From Octopus sinensis (lineage: Eukaryota): a DNA stretch of 64,000 bases. Under the pieces are notes generated by a model. The model was given only the letters and a program-made list of their open reading frames with translations, had not been told where the DNA came from and made no database searches. Made by a program: the position numbers and the translations under genes. Location: positions 77,562,001 to 77,626,000 of the forward strand of contig NC_042997.1 of assembly GCF_006345805.1 (NCBI RefSeq). The letters run 5' to 3'. The first letter of the stretch is position 1. Every line of letters begins with the position of its first letter. This document shows, piece after piece, positions 23,574 through 37,439 of this stretch.

Positions 23574-24145
23574 GGATCTTTTCTAAAAGAAGGACAGATT
23601 TTTCTAGTTAAGTAAACAATTTGAAACTTCGTATACTGGTAGAATGTGTCAAAAGAAAACATAATTGTAAACCAAATTGAAAACGGAATTGTAATCTCTA
23701 AGTTTAACGTAGTTTAATAATTCGAATTTTAACCAATGGTATTCTTTGTTTTGACCTCATATCATTTACTGCCTGTCAACATATTGTTACTGTGACGTAA
23801 ACAGCTATTTTGTGACGTACTTAACGTAAACATGTAAACAGCTAAAACGTAAACATCCGCTTATCGTAAACAGCTAAATTCGCTTGGCATCGTACACAGC
23901 TTTTTCAGTTCCCTAGAATTATATTTGAAACAAAATAAAAAGAAAAAGATTCATACGCATAAATATCCATCCTTAGACATCAGAAAGATTAAAAATGCAA
24001 CAAAAATTTAAAATACCGGATCTTTACCTTTTGACCTACAGATTTAAAAAATAATTTTTTCTAACTAAACACTTTCAAACTTCGTGGAGTATATATAAAA
24101 TTTGTGTAGATCCTAAATAGCTACACACACATGTATACAAACATA

Positions 24146-24224
<79 letters not shown>

Positions 24225-24416
24225 CTATACACACATATTCTAATGCATATGCATATATGTGTATATATTTATAATGTGTGTGTATTATAGATGCATACAT
24301 TATATATATATATAAAAGATGTTTACATACAATATATATGTTATATACATCTACATGTATATGTATGTATGAATACATAAGTACCACAGAATTTGAATCA
24401 AACTGTTTTGATCCAT

Positions 24417-24465
<49 letters not shown>

Positions 24466-25364
24466 TACATACATACACACATACTAAAATTACATCGTTG
24501 GAGCAGTAATTTTTTATGTATTTTTTGTTATACAATTTATTTTTAAGCTGAATCCCTATCCTGCCATTAACCCCTTTCTTATAAAATAGTTGAAGAATCT
24601 GGGGTGTAGGAATTGGGCCAGCATTGGAACTTTTAACTTCTTGCTCTCTATCTTATGATCTCCGAAATTTAAGACTCTTGTGTTAACTGGGCTCTTATTA
24701 TTTACTCTGACTCTGCCACCACCTCAATGCAAAGACTATCAATATCAGAATCATCTTCACAACCACCACTACAACCATTACTACAACCTCCAATGCCACC
24801 ACCACAACCATCTTCTGCAACCACAGCCCCAAGACCAATACCAGCATCATATTCAAAATCACCAATTTCACCACCACTACACTCTGCAATGTCTTCAACA
24901 CTACCATCCATGAGACATCCTAACATAATCAATGCAACTACTACTATCATCATCATTATCATCATCATCCACTGCCGCCACCACCACCACCACCTCTACA
25001 AAAACACCAACACTATAATTGCTGCCATCATACACATCCACTGTCACCACTACACCACCACCACCTCTGCCATGATAACCACATCTACCACAGCTGTTTG
25101 CTTACTTCTTACCCACGCTGTTTAAAATTTTCACAAAATAGCTGTCTACGTCACAGTAACTATGCAGCTAATGATTTCAGATCAAAACAGACAATACGAT
25201 TGGTTAAAATTCGCAGATTTAAACTACGTTTAAATTTACAAAATACATTTTTCTCAAAAAAACTAGTTGAAATTAATGTTTTCTTTTGACACATTCTACC
25301 AGTATACGAAGTTTCAAATTATTTAGTTAACTAGAAAAATCTCTCCTTCTTTTAGAAAAGATCC
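23574..25364. mobile_element. GGATC-family foldback element (Merlin-like), 1791 bp
   Basis: Long imperfect TIRs (~240 bp) starting ggatcttttctaaaagaagga and ending tccttcttttagaaaagatcc; exact 8-bp TSD aaaacatg at 23566-23573 and 25365-25372. Confidence 0.85.
24018..24113. mobile_element. Nested short GGATC-family element
   Basis: ggatctttaccttttgacc...tagatcc; flanks aaaatacc / taaatagc match 6 of 8. Confidence 0.5.
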
Positions 25365-26726
25365 AAAACATGAGTTTCCTTTTTACAATTTTCTCCTTTT
25401 ACACAAGGACATGAGACTTTTTTTGTCTTTCTTGGATTTTTTCAGCGAAAATATAAGGCATCCCTCGTGAGTGAAATTATACTATGAAATCCTCTGTGTC
25501 TTACATATTCGAAAAATACAAGTAGTAAGTTACTTTCTCGAGATGAATGGCTTTTATCGTAAACTCATAAAAATAATATATACAATCTCCCAGACAACGA
25601 TGACATTGACTGAGATCTAGATATTAAGGTAAAAAAAAAATCAGCCAGATTTTTCAAGTGAATTAGAAATAGAATGTGATAGTAAGAGAAACAAAAAGAG
25701 ACATATCATTGATAATAAAAGGAAAGATGGTGTAAGAAGATAAAACACAGAAAAGAAGAAGAAAACGAAAGAAAAGTAAAGCGTGAACGATAAAAGAGAG
25801 AGGCGTAGAAGAAATGGAAAAGAGAGGTTAAAGAGTAATGAGTCAATGAGAGTAGTGAAGAGAGTGAAATACAAATGGGTAAAATGAGGGAGAGTTGAAG
25901 AGAAGGAAGAATAAAGGAGGAAATGAAAGAAAAATAATGGAAGAAACAATGAAATGCGAGATGGTGCGAATGAGAAGGAGAAAGAGAAAGTGAAAGGTAA
26001 GGCGGTAATGATTTCCAATAGTAAGCCAGAAATCAAAAGCAAAAAGGGAAAAGATAAGTTGTATGGACAAGCAGTGAATATCGTTCGGGTTTGTCTCCGA
26101 GATGGATAGTTTTGTATTGTTAGCCGTCTATTCACTACAAATATTGAATTTTGTTTCATTGAAGATTACTTAAGTGACTGGTACAGAAGGAAACGAGCTA
26201 GGCAGATTATAACGAGTTTCGTCACATTGTCTGAGGAGAAACAAAGCTTGTTTTAGATTGATTTATTAATCTTTCTTTTTATTTTATTATTATTTTTTAG
26301 GTAAAAAGCAAGTTGTTGTCGTTGTTGTTTAGCCCCAGGTCAACCATGACTGAGCAACCAATGATTAAATTCATTCTAGCCGTCACTATCGCATCTTTCT
26401 GTGGATTACATTGTTTTAAAACAACGGTGTGGTGTAATTTAAGAGAGATTTGGTAGTAATTCCAGTGGATTGAGTGCACATCAAATCTCCCTTCTAGGTT
26501 TGTCAAAACCAATATAAATTTCAGTGGTGCTCATCTTGGAGTAGAACTAAATTCCCGCCTAGTTGAAACTGCAATAGAATTTCAATTCCTATTCCAGACA
26601 ACAACAACAACAGCAACAAAAGTATTTTTTCATCACAAAGTCGAATAGCAGTTGAAGAACAAGAGAGAATGAACATGTTATTACATGGAATATGAACACA
26701 ACGCCTATTTGTTGGTGACATGGTCA

Positions 26727-26729
26727 TGT

Positions 26730-26808
<79 letters not shown>
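26727..26808. repeat. (TAC)n microsatellite
   Basis: Directly visible. Confidence 0.95.
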
Positions 26809-26809
<1 letters not shown>

Positions 26810-26859
26810 GTTGAATACATCGACCCCAGCTTATGACACGGTGTTACATAATTGGATAG

Positions 26860-28575
26860 TGTAATGTTTGTAAATGTTTGGTATTGCAGCTAACATTAGA
26901 GAGTTTCTGGTGAGCAGTATGGATGGTTGGAAGACTGAGCTGACATCATGTAGACAGACATTAGGAGTTGTGAACATCAAGAGAAGAATATTCCAAGGAG
27001 ACTTTCTTTCGCCTTTGATGTTTGTATTGTATATGGTTCCATTTTCATCAGTGTTGAGAAGAGCAAAGATTGGTTATGCGTTGGGAGTTTAAGATAAACC
27101 ACCTGCTGTTCATGGATGATCTAAAACTCTTTGGGAAATCCTATAAACAGATTGATTCCCTTCTACAGACAGTTCATACATTCAACATGGTCATAAGAAT
27201 GGAATTTGGCATGAAAAAAAGTGTGGGGTGTTGTTACTGAATTGATAAACTGGATTTGATAAACTGGAAAGAATTATAATACCAGACGGACAAGTTATGT
27301 AAGAAATTGACGACAGCGAGTACTTAGGCATCCTGGAAGCAGGTAAAATGAAAGAGAAGGAAATGAAAGAACAATTATCAAAGAAATACACACGGGGATT
27401 GAAAATGATGTTAAAGATAAAGTTAAATGGTAGGAATACGATACTGAGTATCAACAGGTCGTTGGAGCAATAAGGTATAGCGCTGGTATGATAGATGGAG
27501 AAGTGAACTTAAGTTGCTTGATAGAGAGACACTACAAGGGAATCTACACCCCTAAAGTGACGTGGGCAGGTTGTATCTATCGCGACAGAAGGAAAGAAGA
27601 GGTCTTATTAGCTGTGAAATGTGTGTGAAGTTTGAGGAAAATAATCTGGCATGTTATGTAATGAATTCAAAGGAGAGATTTATGGCAAGAGTAAGAAAAA
27701 TAAACGTCCTAAGCAGTGATGAAGCAAAGGAAAAGGGAGAATTTAAACAAGACAGCCAGAACGATACCTTGAATAGATGGAAAGAAAAAATATATGGTCA
27801 ATTCTTGCAGGAAATGCATAAGTCATTTGACAAAGATAAGACCTGGGAATGGATTAGGAAAAGTGACTTGTAAGTTGAAACTGAAGCCCTTATCTTCGTA
27901 GCCAAAGAACAGGCACTGAGAACGAAACATTTAAAGTTCATATTGACAAGTCAGTGACTTCCCCACTTTGTAGTTTATATGATGAGAAAGGTGAAGCAAT
28001 AAACCACGTCATAAGTGAATGTAAGATGCTTGCACAGAAAGAGTACAAGAAAAGGCAATGCAACATTGTCAGATTGATTCGCTGGAAGTTCTATCGTAAA
28101 TATGACGTGCAGAAGGGAGATATGATATGAACACCAGCCGGAAAGGGTAGCTGAAAACGAACAATGTTAGATCTTGTGGGACATGACCATCCATTGTGAT
28201 CATGTTATCGTGGCTTAAAAACCTGACATTGTTGTAGAAAGGAAGAAGAATAAAGCGATTATTGTGGATATTGCTTCACTGTGAGACCATAAGGTGAATG
28301 GAACAGAGAATCAGGCATTTAGAAGTGGTACTAATTGTGATTGGAGCACTGGTAGCAATTATAAAAGGTTGGATGCATGGCTTGAGAATCTACGGATTAC
28401 CATCAGGACGGGACTGTTGCAGAAAATAGCCCTGTTAGGAACGGCAAGGATTCTAAGGAGGGTGTTAGAAAGTTGAAGGAGACGGAATGACCCAAAAGAC
28501 CTTTGGCCATTGGATATGACTCACTTTTTTTGGTATAGTGTCAGAATAACATCTGCCAGGGCAAAAGCATCACGG
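26860..28575 (+). mobile_element. 5'-truncated R4/Dong-type non-LTR retrotransposon (RT plus restriction-like endonuclease), decayed
   Basis: IFQGDFLSP, HLLFMDDLKL, zinc-knuckle region, KPDIVV...IVDIA (PD..D) and QKIALLGTARILRRVL motifs; (GAT)n tail. Confidence 0.88.
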
Positions 28576-29059
28576 GTAATGATGATGATGATGATGAATG
28601 CTCTGATTGCAGTACCAGGCAGTGGCTCTCAACTGATTGGAAGTGTTATCATGTACATTGTTTTGTCTTGGTATAAAAGATGGGCTACTGCAAATATTCT
28701 GCTCAATACCACAAATTTGCTTGTCAATTGTTTGACTTTAATCAGTTGAGCTTAGTGGCTGATGATATGTGCATCTCTGATCACGAACAGAAGTAGTGGG
28801 GGAGCATCATAGCCATGTATTGAGAGGAATTCTTTGGGGTTTGGATAATTCACCCTTGCAAACATGGGAACTTTTGAGCAGGATGGGCTAACCAACCTGC
28901 AGAAAATTCTAACTGGGCCCCACCTGCAAGGTCATGCGCTGTTTACCTTGATATGAGATCACCATGTCGCGCACATATGGTTGTGATGCATGTGCCTGGT
29001 GTACCCTTATCATCCGGGTAGTTATGAAGGGTGTACTGGGGTTCGTATATTTTACCCTA

Positions 29060-29480
29060 GTGTCACTTTGATGGCTCTCTCACTCAAGAAAAAGAAATTG
29101 TCAGTACAAAGACCTCGAAATTGAATTATTTAAGATGTAAAGGTGAAAACAGTACCAGTAAAACAATACTAGTTGTGGGTAATGAAGAAAGTGGACATGA
29201 TTATAATCGTGACTGGTGTACTTAGAAACATCAGTGACTGTTGCACTTGGAGCATTGGGCACGATAAAAAGAAACATATAAGCAAAAACGTAGAAGCTAT
29301 ACCTGGATCTTCAACACTACACACTGTCTAAAATAATCCCCCAGCTCTGCTAGAAACAGCCCACATCCTACACGAGACACTGTCAATTCAATAATACAAC
29401 CTAAAGAAACAATCCACAAACACAAGACACTCTATACAGCAAATATCCAATGAAATAAACTGCCACCAGCAATCCGATTA
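29060..29480 (+). mobile_element. Decayed C-terminal fragment of an R4/Dong-type LINE
   Basis: LWVMKKVD..IIIVTG and LLETAHILHETLSIQ resemble the RLE LINE C-terminus. Confidence 0.55.
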
Positions 29481-29714
29481 CCCAAGGCATTACACGCACA
29501 ACACACCCTAATACAACAAAAGACTGCACCACACCTCAAAAAAGAAAAAAAAGAAACTAATGCAATACAATATGGGGGAGAATTTGCACATTCCCTTCAA
29601 CAAAAAAGAACACAGTGCAGCACACACACACACACACTAGCAACACGGAAGTGTAGCAGGTGATGCTGTAGAAATTTGCCTGAAACTGCCAAATGTTGAA
29701 CAATAATAATAATA

Positions 29715-30395
29715 AATGTGAAATGCAGAATGTGTGGTGAGATGGATGAAACAGTGTCCTACATTGTTAGTGAATGCCTGAAATTGGTATAACGTGAATA
29801 GAAAAGGCAACATGATAATACGGCAAGAATGATCCATTGGGAGCTCTGTGGAAATTATGACCTAGAAATATCAAGGACGTGGTATGACCAAATCCCAGCA
29901 GGAGCTACTGAGAGTGAGGATTGCAAAATCCTGTGGGATGCAGTGATTTAGTGTGACCATCAGATTAAACACCGAAAACTTGACATTGTTGTAGTGATCA
30001 GAAAAAAAAATACATGCCTGATAATTGATATAGTATGTCCTAGTGACAACAGGATTGACGAGAAAGAAGACGAAAAAGTGAAAAACTATGATGAATTGAA
30101 ATTGGAAATACGTAGGTTGTGGGCAATGAAGAAAGTGGACTTAGAAAAATCAGTACCCATCTATCAACATGGCTCAAAAAGATTAGAACAAATGTAAAGA
30201 TAGAAAATCTACAAAAATCATCATTGCCTGGAACTGCAAGAGTCCTCCGCAGGATTCTTGAAGCGTGATCAGTAAACAAGTGTCACCTTAGTCTGTTGGC
30301 TATGGACAGCTGACATTTTCCATCATACCCAACAAAGCTGAGATTTTTCATGATGATGATGATGATGACTACGACGATGATGATGGTGATGGTGA
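29715..30395 (+). mobile_element. Second R4/Dong-type 3' fragment
   Basis: KCRMCGEMDETV, ILWD, LIIDIVCPSD and LPGTARVLRRILEA* motifs; (GAT)n tail. Confidence 0.85.
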
Positions 30396-30689
30396 TGTAC
30401 ACGGAGACACTGAAATACCTGGGTCGGTGTCCAGGGCAGATAGAGATTTGCGTGCCTTGGTTAGAAGTCCATCTAGTGCTGGCGCCCTGTTTAATTAAAC
30501 AGATGCGAATAACAATTAACACTCTAGATAAGGAATAACCTTTTATCAACGGATTCATTCTTGTAATGATGGAAAGAAATGATGAAACAAGAAACTACCA
30601 AGGTTATGGGACTGTCGAAAGAGCAACTGGAGGATTTATGTTCAGGTACAGTTGGGAGTGGAAGCCCATGTTCCCACCAGTTGTCATCC

Positions 30690-30741
30690 AGTGTTACTTT
30701 TGTGTTCTTAAGGCTAGCCTTAAGAACACAAAAGTAACACT
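30690..30741. repeat. Perfect 52-bp palindrome
   Basis: agtgttacttttgtgttcttaaggct|agccttaagaacacaaaagtaacact. Confidence 0.95.
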
Positions 30742-31049
30742 CTATCACTAGAAAGAAAGTTGGAGATAGGAAAGAGAAAGCAGAAGGTCGAAAACACTGC
30801 TCGCTTCTTGAATCAGAAGCACTTTGTAAACGTTGCATCGGAAGAAGGATTCACCAACTTTGAAATGAAAAAGAAATGCTTAAAACCAGTGCGACCTAAC
30901 TTATGAACCAAATCCATGTTATACGGAAAAAGAATAAAGTGCAATGTTGCGAAGATTGTTTGATCCGCATGATTTTGATGAATAGAAAATGATAATGAAA
31001 TTAGTGTTGATGAATCTTAGAGCACAGAGGAGGATGTAGTAAGTGTAAT

Positions 31050-32260
31050 AGGTGAAAATAGTTGAAAGCAGGATTGTGATACAGATGCAAGGGAATATGC
31101 TCGTGGAGACCAAGCACCCCAGGGACAGTTACCCTCTGGCCTAGGAGACAATGAACAGGAAATACTCGACAGACTAACTTAATTGACAGTATGTTATAAT
31201 TAACAAGATCCAATCAGTCTATTGTCTGTTGATAATAAGAAACTGTATAGTGAAACCATGAAGGAAGATAGAGTCCTGCAGTACGTACGGAAGGACAATA
31301 TGACAGAATTACGGGAACTGCAGAGGGCAGTTACAGTTGTAATAGAAGAACGTATAGATACTTGGCAGAAGGACAAAGGAGTCTTAGTGAAAAAGGAGAA
31401 TTGAACGAGGCATCCTAGCAACTCCGAAAAAAAAATTATCTTTGGAAGACAGAGAGTTAGTATATGGGTGTTGAAGAATTTCAAGAAATATGAGCAACGA
31501 ATTCCAAACAGTTTTCGAACAGTGAGAAAAGTAATTATGGTGTGGATCTCCAATAAAGTGGTAAAACTCATGAGTTACTCCGAAAAATTCGATCAATACG
31601 TGCAAATTAAGTTCTTTTATTCAAACCAGCGGCAGTTTAATAGAAATTTGAGCAGTAAAAGCGGAGAATGTATGCCTTCTGATCCAGAAGAAGCAATATA
31701 TTTTTGGTCCGGTTAAGGGGTTGCCGAACTGGAAAGCAGCAAGCTTGGATGGAATCCAAGGCTTCTGGGTGAAATAATTCAAGAATATACAACGGAAGCT
31801 GGCTTTTCACCTGGACCGATGCTCTTTCGATGATATAATACCCGACAGGATGGTTGAAGGACAAAAGACTCTCACCATGAAAGACATATCCAAGGGTTCC
31901 GTCACTAATTAACGGGCAATTACATGCTTTAATTTGATATGGAAAATTTTAATTGAAATAACTGACGACTATGTGTACATATATCTGGAACAAATGACTT
32001 ACTACCTGTCCAGCAGAAAGACCGCAAAAAACAGTCACAAGGCACAAAAGATCACCTAACAGCCGACAAAATAGTTCTGAAGATCCGAAGAAGCGTAAAA
32101 AAAAATACGAAAAATACGAAAAAAGTTTGTTGATGGTCTAGATAGATTTTAAAAAGTGTACAATATGGTATTGTACTTATGGATATTGGAGTCCCTAAAA
32201 ACGCTTAAGAATGTTGAGAAAGTGCAAAATGTAACGGGTAAGAATATAGGAATATGGAGA
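31050..32260 (+). mobile_element. R4/Dong-type LINE N-terminal region and start of RT, decayed
   Basis: FYSNQRQFNRNL, ITCFNLIWKIL, QGTKDHL and IDFKK-like motifs across frames. Confidence 0.7.
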
Positions 32261-33252
32261 AACTATCCTATTTAGAAATAGAATTCAAAAGCAGTTTTTT
32301 TTTTCCAATAGCAAAAATATCCTTAATAGTGGAGCAGTCCACGTAGGGTAATTCTAGGGGAAACCCTACAACTTGCGGTTTTAAGATTTTAATACTAGAG
32401 TGATCAGTAATAAGCCTCCAAATGATAGAGAATAAGTACATACAGTATACTGAAATACAAATAGATAGAATAAGTACATAACTGTTCATGTTTTAAAGAT
32501 CTCAGCAACGGATTTCTTTTGGTGAAAAATTTGTTGTCCAGTAGGACAACAATATAAATTTATACCGGAATCTGCTATGAAATACAATTCGGAAAAGAAA
32601 GGGTCTCTTTTGTAATTTTAAACTGCATTTCGTACATAAACTGACTAAAAACCTATCAAGTATAAGACAAATGTATATTTGTATAATACACTCTTGAACA
32701 TGCAGGTTTCGGCAAAAATTTCATCGTCAAATGTTATGATAATCAAAGATTGACTTAGTTCGGCTTATTAATTTGCATAAATGAAATATCTCAAATTTTT
32801 TAAGTAGCACGCGAACCAAATTCGATATGTTGATAACTTTAAACTGTATATTTTTGAACAACCAGTTGAATATCTCATTAAATATGCAAATTAGGTACAA
32901 TAATTTTTGAAATTTTTAACTGGGCCACATTCGTCTATAAAATTTGACATATGCTTTACTACGTCTCAATACAATTATATTGTAAACTGTCAATAACATA
33001 ACTCTTGAGAAATATTGCATAGCTACTTGTGTAAACTGGTGTGACCAGTTGTGTCCCTTCATGTTAAACATAAAACTTAATGATTCAATAAAGTAGCTCA
33101 TTGAAATAAGTACTGGGGTGGGTGTCATCGATTAAAAGCCTTGAAAGCGATATCCCAGTTCACCACAGTCGTTGGACTCAGTTCAATGACTGAAATTATG
33201 TTGACTGCTAGTGAAGGATTATTATCGTCGTCGTCGTTGTCGTTGTTGTTGT

Positions 33253-33348
<96 letters not shown>

Positions 33349-33372
33349 CGACGACGACGACGACGATGATGG
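33253..33372. repeat. Long (GAT)n(GAC)n microsatellite
   Basis: Directly visible. Confidence 0.95.
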
Positions 33373-35049
33373 TAGTAGGAGAGAAGATGGTGATTTTGCT
33401 ATTGCCATTTAAGTTTGTATTTGTCAAATTGTAAATGTCGACAAAGACATTTACAGTTTGACAAACACAAAAGTGTCTATACAAGTCCTTTTCTTCGGTT
33501 TATCTTTTTCCTTTTTAATTGTTTCAGTATTTTCAAAACCTTGGGAGACGTATAGTCAACATCTTTTCCCACCACCTCACAGACGGACACTTTTTAATCA
33601 CAAATAGCAAAATCGATTTTTGCAAAACTTTGTGCACAAAATATGTTTGGGACGAACCGTTTCTTTCTTCTTTTTTTTTCTACTCCAGAATATTCGTAAA
33701 AGGAACAAAAAGTAATATTTTTTCCATCAAGTACTTCCTAAGAAAAAGTTACTTTGAAGCGGAGTTGTATAAAACGTTGACCATTCTGAGCAAACAAACA
33801 CAAGAACCACAATTGGCCACAAGGATCTAAGCATATAATACAAACATGTGAAGTAAAGAATGGTAACAAAAACATGTTGAATTGTAAATAGACAATAAAC
33901 GGGAGATGAAGCAAAACATAATCCACTATGAGAATTAAAACACTTATCCATACAAGAGTGAAAAGCCACCAAATTCATCCGTAGACATTCCCATATCATC
34001 TGGGTAGATAGACTATTCGCATAGTTTTTACCAATCATCTTTGGGTTTGATATAGCTGCCCCTTGGCTCCTCAAACAACACAGTATTTCAGTATTTTTGT
34101 CGTCTCTTAGGTACGTATTTTTTATCTATTTACTATGTTGGGGGTACACTTGTGAAACTCATGCATTCTAGAAATGTGGATGCGTCTTTGTTAGAGAATT
34201 ACAGCAATCTACTTTTCTTTTTATTTTCCTCGATATTTACAATTTTTCCTATCCCCTCATCACAGTAAAGCGATGTTTTGAAATTGCAGCACGGAGTCTC
34301 TGATCAGTTCTTTAATGAATAGAAATGTGACCCTCCGTTTTCTAGGGGACCTCACTTTGTAAGCCTCTGATGTTGGGGATGCCAAGAAGGAAGAGATTAT
34401 CTCCTTTTCTATCAATCTTGAATGAGCGTTTCATGGGGTTATGGCAGCAGCAATGACAGCAACGTCTTTTGTGTCGCAGGAGTTAGCTGGGTTATCCGCT
34501 GATGCCTTTACCTTTTTAAAAAATTTTAACACATTTTTGTCCTTTTGAGTAGTTAACCTTCAAATAGTTCTTTCGACACTTGTAGCAACTTGGATTTCTG
34601 TCCTTTGACGGACCACTTTTCTGCTCTCACAATATATTGCGATAGCGTTGTGGTCTTCAGAGGCCATTAGAACCAGGAGATCCATATAGACTTCATCTGA
34701 TCACACGGTGCAGGACACCTCTGTGTTTACTACCTGCCCTTATTGTTTCACACATGAAACAATTATCCAAGATCTCTGACTGTGACGCTTGTTTTACTCT
34801 TGTTTCAAAGACAGACTATTAATTGAAACGGACTATTCCTCAACTGACAATAGAACTGAATCATCAGCTTTTCTCAAAGACAAAAGCGAATAGCCTCCGC
34901 TTTTCAAGCGAAAAATACTGAGGTTACTTTTCGCTATCTTTCTTCCGTTCCATCTTGATCTTCTGACACTCTCACCATCATTCCCTTGCTTATCTTGCCC
35001 TCTCTTACACTATCTGTATCTCGCTCTATCTCCCCCTCTCTCTGACTAT

Positions 35050-35760
35050 CATGTTCTATCCTGACCCTACTCTCTCTAAATGTCTTTTTCTTGCTCTATC
35101 TTGCTCCTCTTTCTTTCTTTTTTCCTTTTTTTCGCCCTTTCTTGTCCATTTGCTCATTCTTTTTTTCGTTATATCTTGCGCCTCCCTTATACAATATTTC
35201 TATCTCTTACTATCTTTCTCTCGCTCAGTTTGCCTCTCTCTCTCTCTCTCTCAATATCTTTCACTCGCTCTCTCTTCCCCTTCTCTCTCCCTCTTTCACT
35301 GTTTCTTGTACTTCTCTCTCAGTATATTTCTCTGGCTCTATCTCCCCCTCTCTTACTATTTTTCAAAGTCCTCATTTTGCCTATGTCTCACTATCATTCT
35401 CTGGCTCTATCTTTACATTCTCTCTCACTATTTCTGCCTCACTCTATTTTCTCTTTCGCTCCCCTCTCTCTCTCTTCCACACACCATATTATTCTCTTGC
35501 TCTATCATGTATCTCTCTCTCTCTTTCTCTGTCTTTATCTTGCCACTCTCACAGTTTCTCTCTCGCTAAATCATGTCGCTCTCTCTGTCACTTTCTCTTG
35601 CTCAAATCATACCGCTCTCGCTCTCACACTTTCTCTCGCTCAATCTTTTTCTTCACTATCTCTATCTCTCTCTCTCTCTCTCGCATGCCCCCACACACAT
35701 ACACACACACGGGTGTACACACGCGTACACAACCACTATCTTTGTCTCTCTCTTATCTTG
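35050..35760. repeat. Degenerate CT-rich polypyrimidine tract (~700 bp)
   Basis: Directly visible. A comparable GA-rich tract lies at 25650-26060. Confidence 0.85.
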
Positions 35761-35999
35761 TCCCTCTCATACAGATGTGTGTTCCCTGGCTGCTCTCAAA
35801 CATCTACGAGGATTTTTGGCGCCAAACTGCTTGAAAATTGCGAAAAAGGCGCGAACCTCAAGGACGTCCATTTTTACTTTGTGGCGTAATATCCAGCTAT
35901 CTATTGGTCGATAAATAAAACATACACATGATAATTGCTTGGTCCATGTGTGGCATTGGCCTGATAACTTAGAGAATGGCGTTCAAATCCTAGGTCTCA

Positions 36000-36900
36000 C
36001 TACGCTTTCATAAGTTCTCAGATAATACGCTTTGGGGTTAGCTATCACACCTTGATCCATTGGATAGAACAAAGTTCTATCCTTGGAGATATGTACTACT
36101 CTCACATTATTCGAAAGTTAACTTAAATTTACTGGGTGACCTGGTGCATTGTCTACAAGGAACAATGCTCCGTTGGAAATATGTCTAGGATTCTACTTTT
36201 CTTCACGCCTCGAAAAGGCTCCTAGTCACCTTTGCCTACTTATTTGGACGCTAAATCAGAGGTAAATTAACTTGAAAAGCCCTGTATTTTCGGAGAGATA
36301 TTCTATCAGAAGCTCAACTTTCATATCACTAGTAGCATTTTCTCTCAGAAGAAGCGTCAGACAAATTATGGAAACTTCCTTTTCCCCACTTTTTTTCTTG
36401 AGAAATAGATTTTTATTCTCGAGAAATAGTTCTAGTACACGAACATCCAGAAAAGTGCAGTTTCACCAAAATTGTACGCTTGCTCTGGTGTGTTGTTTTT
36501 GCCAGTTGTTCAGGAAAATAAGCAGCAGCCTCTGTATCAACACTAGCAGCTTCACTAAGTCATTTTTGTACTATGCAAATTCAATCACTTTTTAAACCTT
36601 TTAAACCAGAAAAGCCAGAAAAGGTTTTCATTAGAATTTCATCTTCCTTTTTCTGGAAATAGTCATATAAAATTTTGGCTATTTTTTCCCCAATTACTAT
36701 CATCTTATCTGTGCCTTACGTCAAATCTGATCCTTGATCAATACACTCAGGAGCTGTCCCATTTTAAGCATCACGTTAGATCTATGAAAAAATATGATCC
36801 GACCTTAAGAGAGTAGCTTGTTGAGCACCTGGCTTAATTTTCTCGCTCTTGTCACGTATTGTTCTCGCTGTAGGCATTGCAATAACGATGCCAAATATTT
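36000..36900 (-). pseudogene. Tigger/pogo DDE transposase pseudogene
   Basis: EAASVD.EAA, ETALFW, LVDNAPGHP and PMDQGVIA..KAYYLR motifs by manual translation. Confidence 0.8.
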
Positions 36901-37439
36901 TTTCACTGTTTTCGCGGATTCTCATGACTCTGTCGCCATCCATTAGTATGAATTTGAATTGGGAGCTTGAGTCATAGTGAATCTTTCATTGGCTGATTAC
37001 ACAACCACGGATGCCATTCCTATGGATGCATTGCAGTTACTCACTTAATAGAGCTGTGTAGTCTTGACCATTATTCCTCCAGGATTCTTCCGCTCATCAA
37101 TGTAAGAAGCACTGTTGGTTCATTTGAGTTCTTCCACTACCTCTTCACAATCTGCCATGTTGAAGTTCCATAACTTCGCCATATCCCTGGCAGGGTGGCT
37201 GAACACGTGCTATGCCTTGCCAAAGGATGGCCCATAACTATGCAAGATATGGTCGTTCAAGATTTAATGTTTTGGCAATCTAGCTGATGTTTTCCCTCCC
37301 GCTTCAAACCCTCTTAAAACTTAGTATCTAGTGTAATCGTTTTACGTTCCTTTTCTACTGGCTTTAGCTCCACTCGATCCCTTCTTTTCAGTCATTTTAA
37401 AATGATAGGTAAATCCAACTGCAGTAATAACCAACAATT

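Noticed and set aside
24680-25125. Pro/Thr/His-rich ORFs as a mucin- or extensin-like gene
   Set aside because: Open in several frames on both strands and enclosed in a TIR element; low complexity explains it.
35051-35889. ORFs of 172-269 aa rich in Leu/Ser/Phe
   Set aside because: Translation of a degenerate CT tract; no domain signal.
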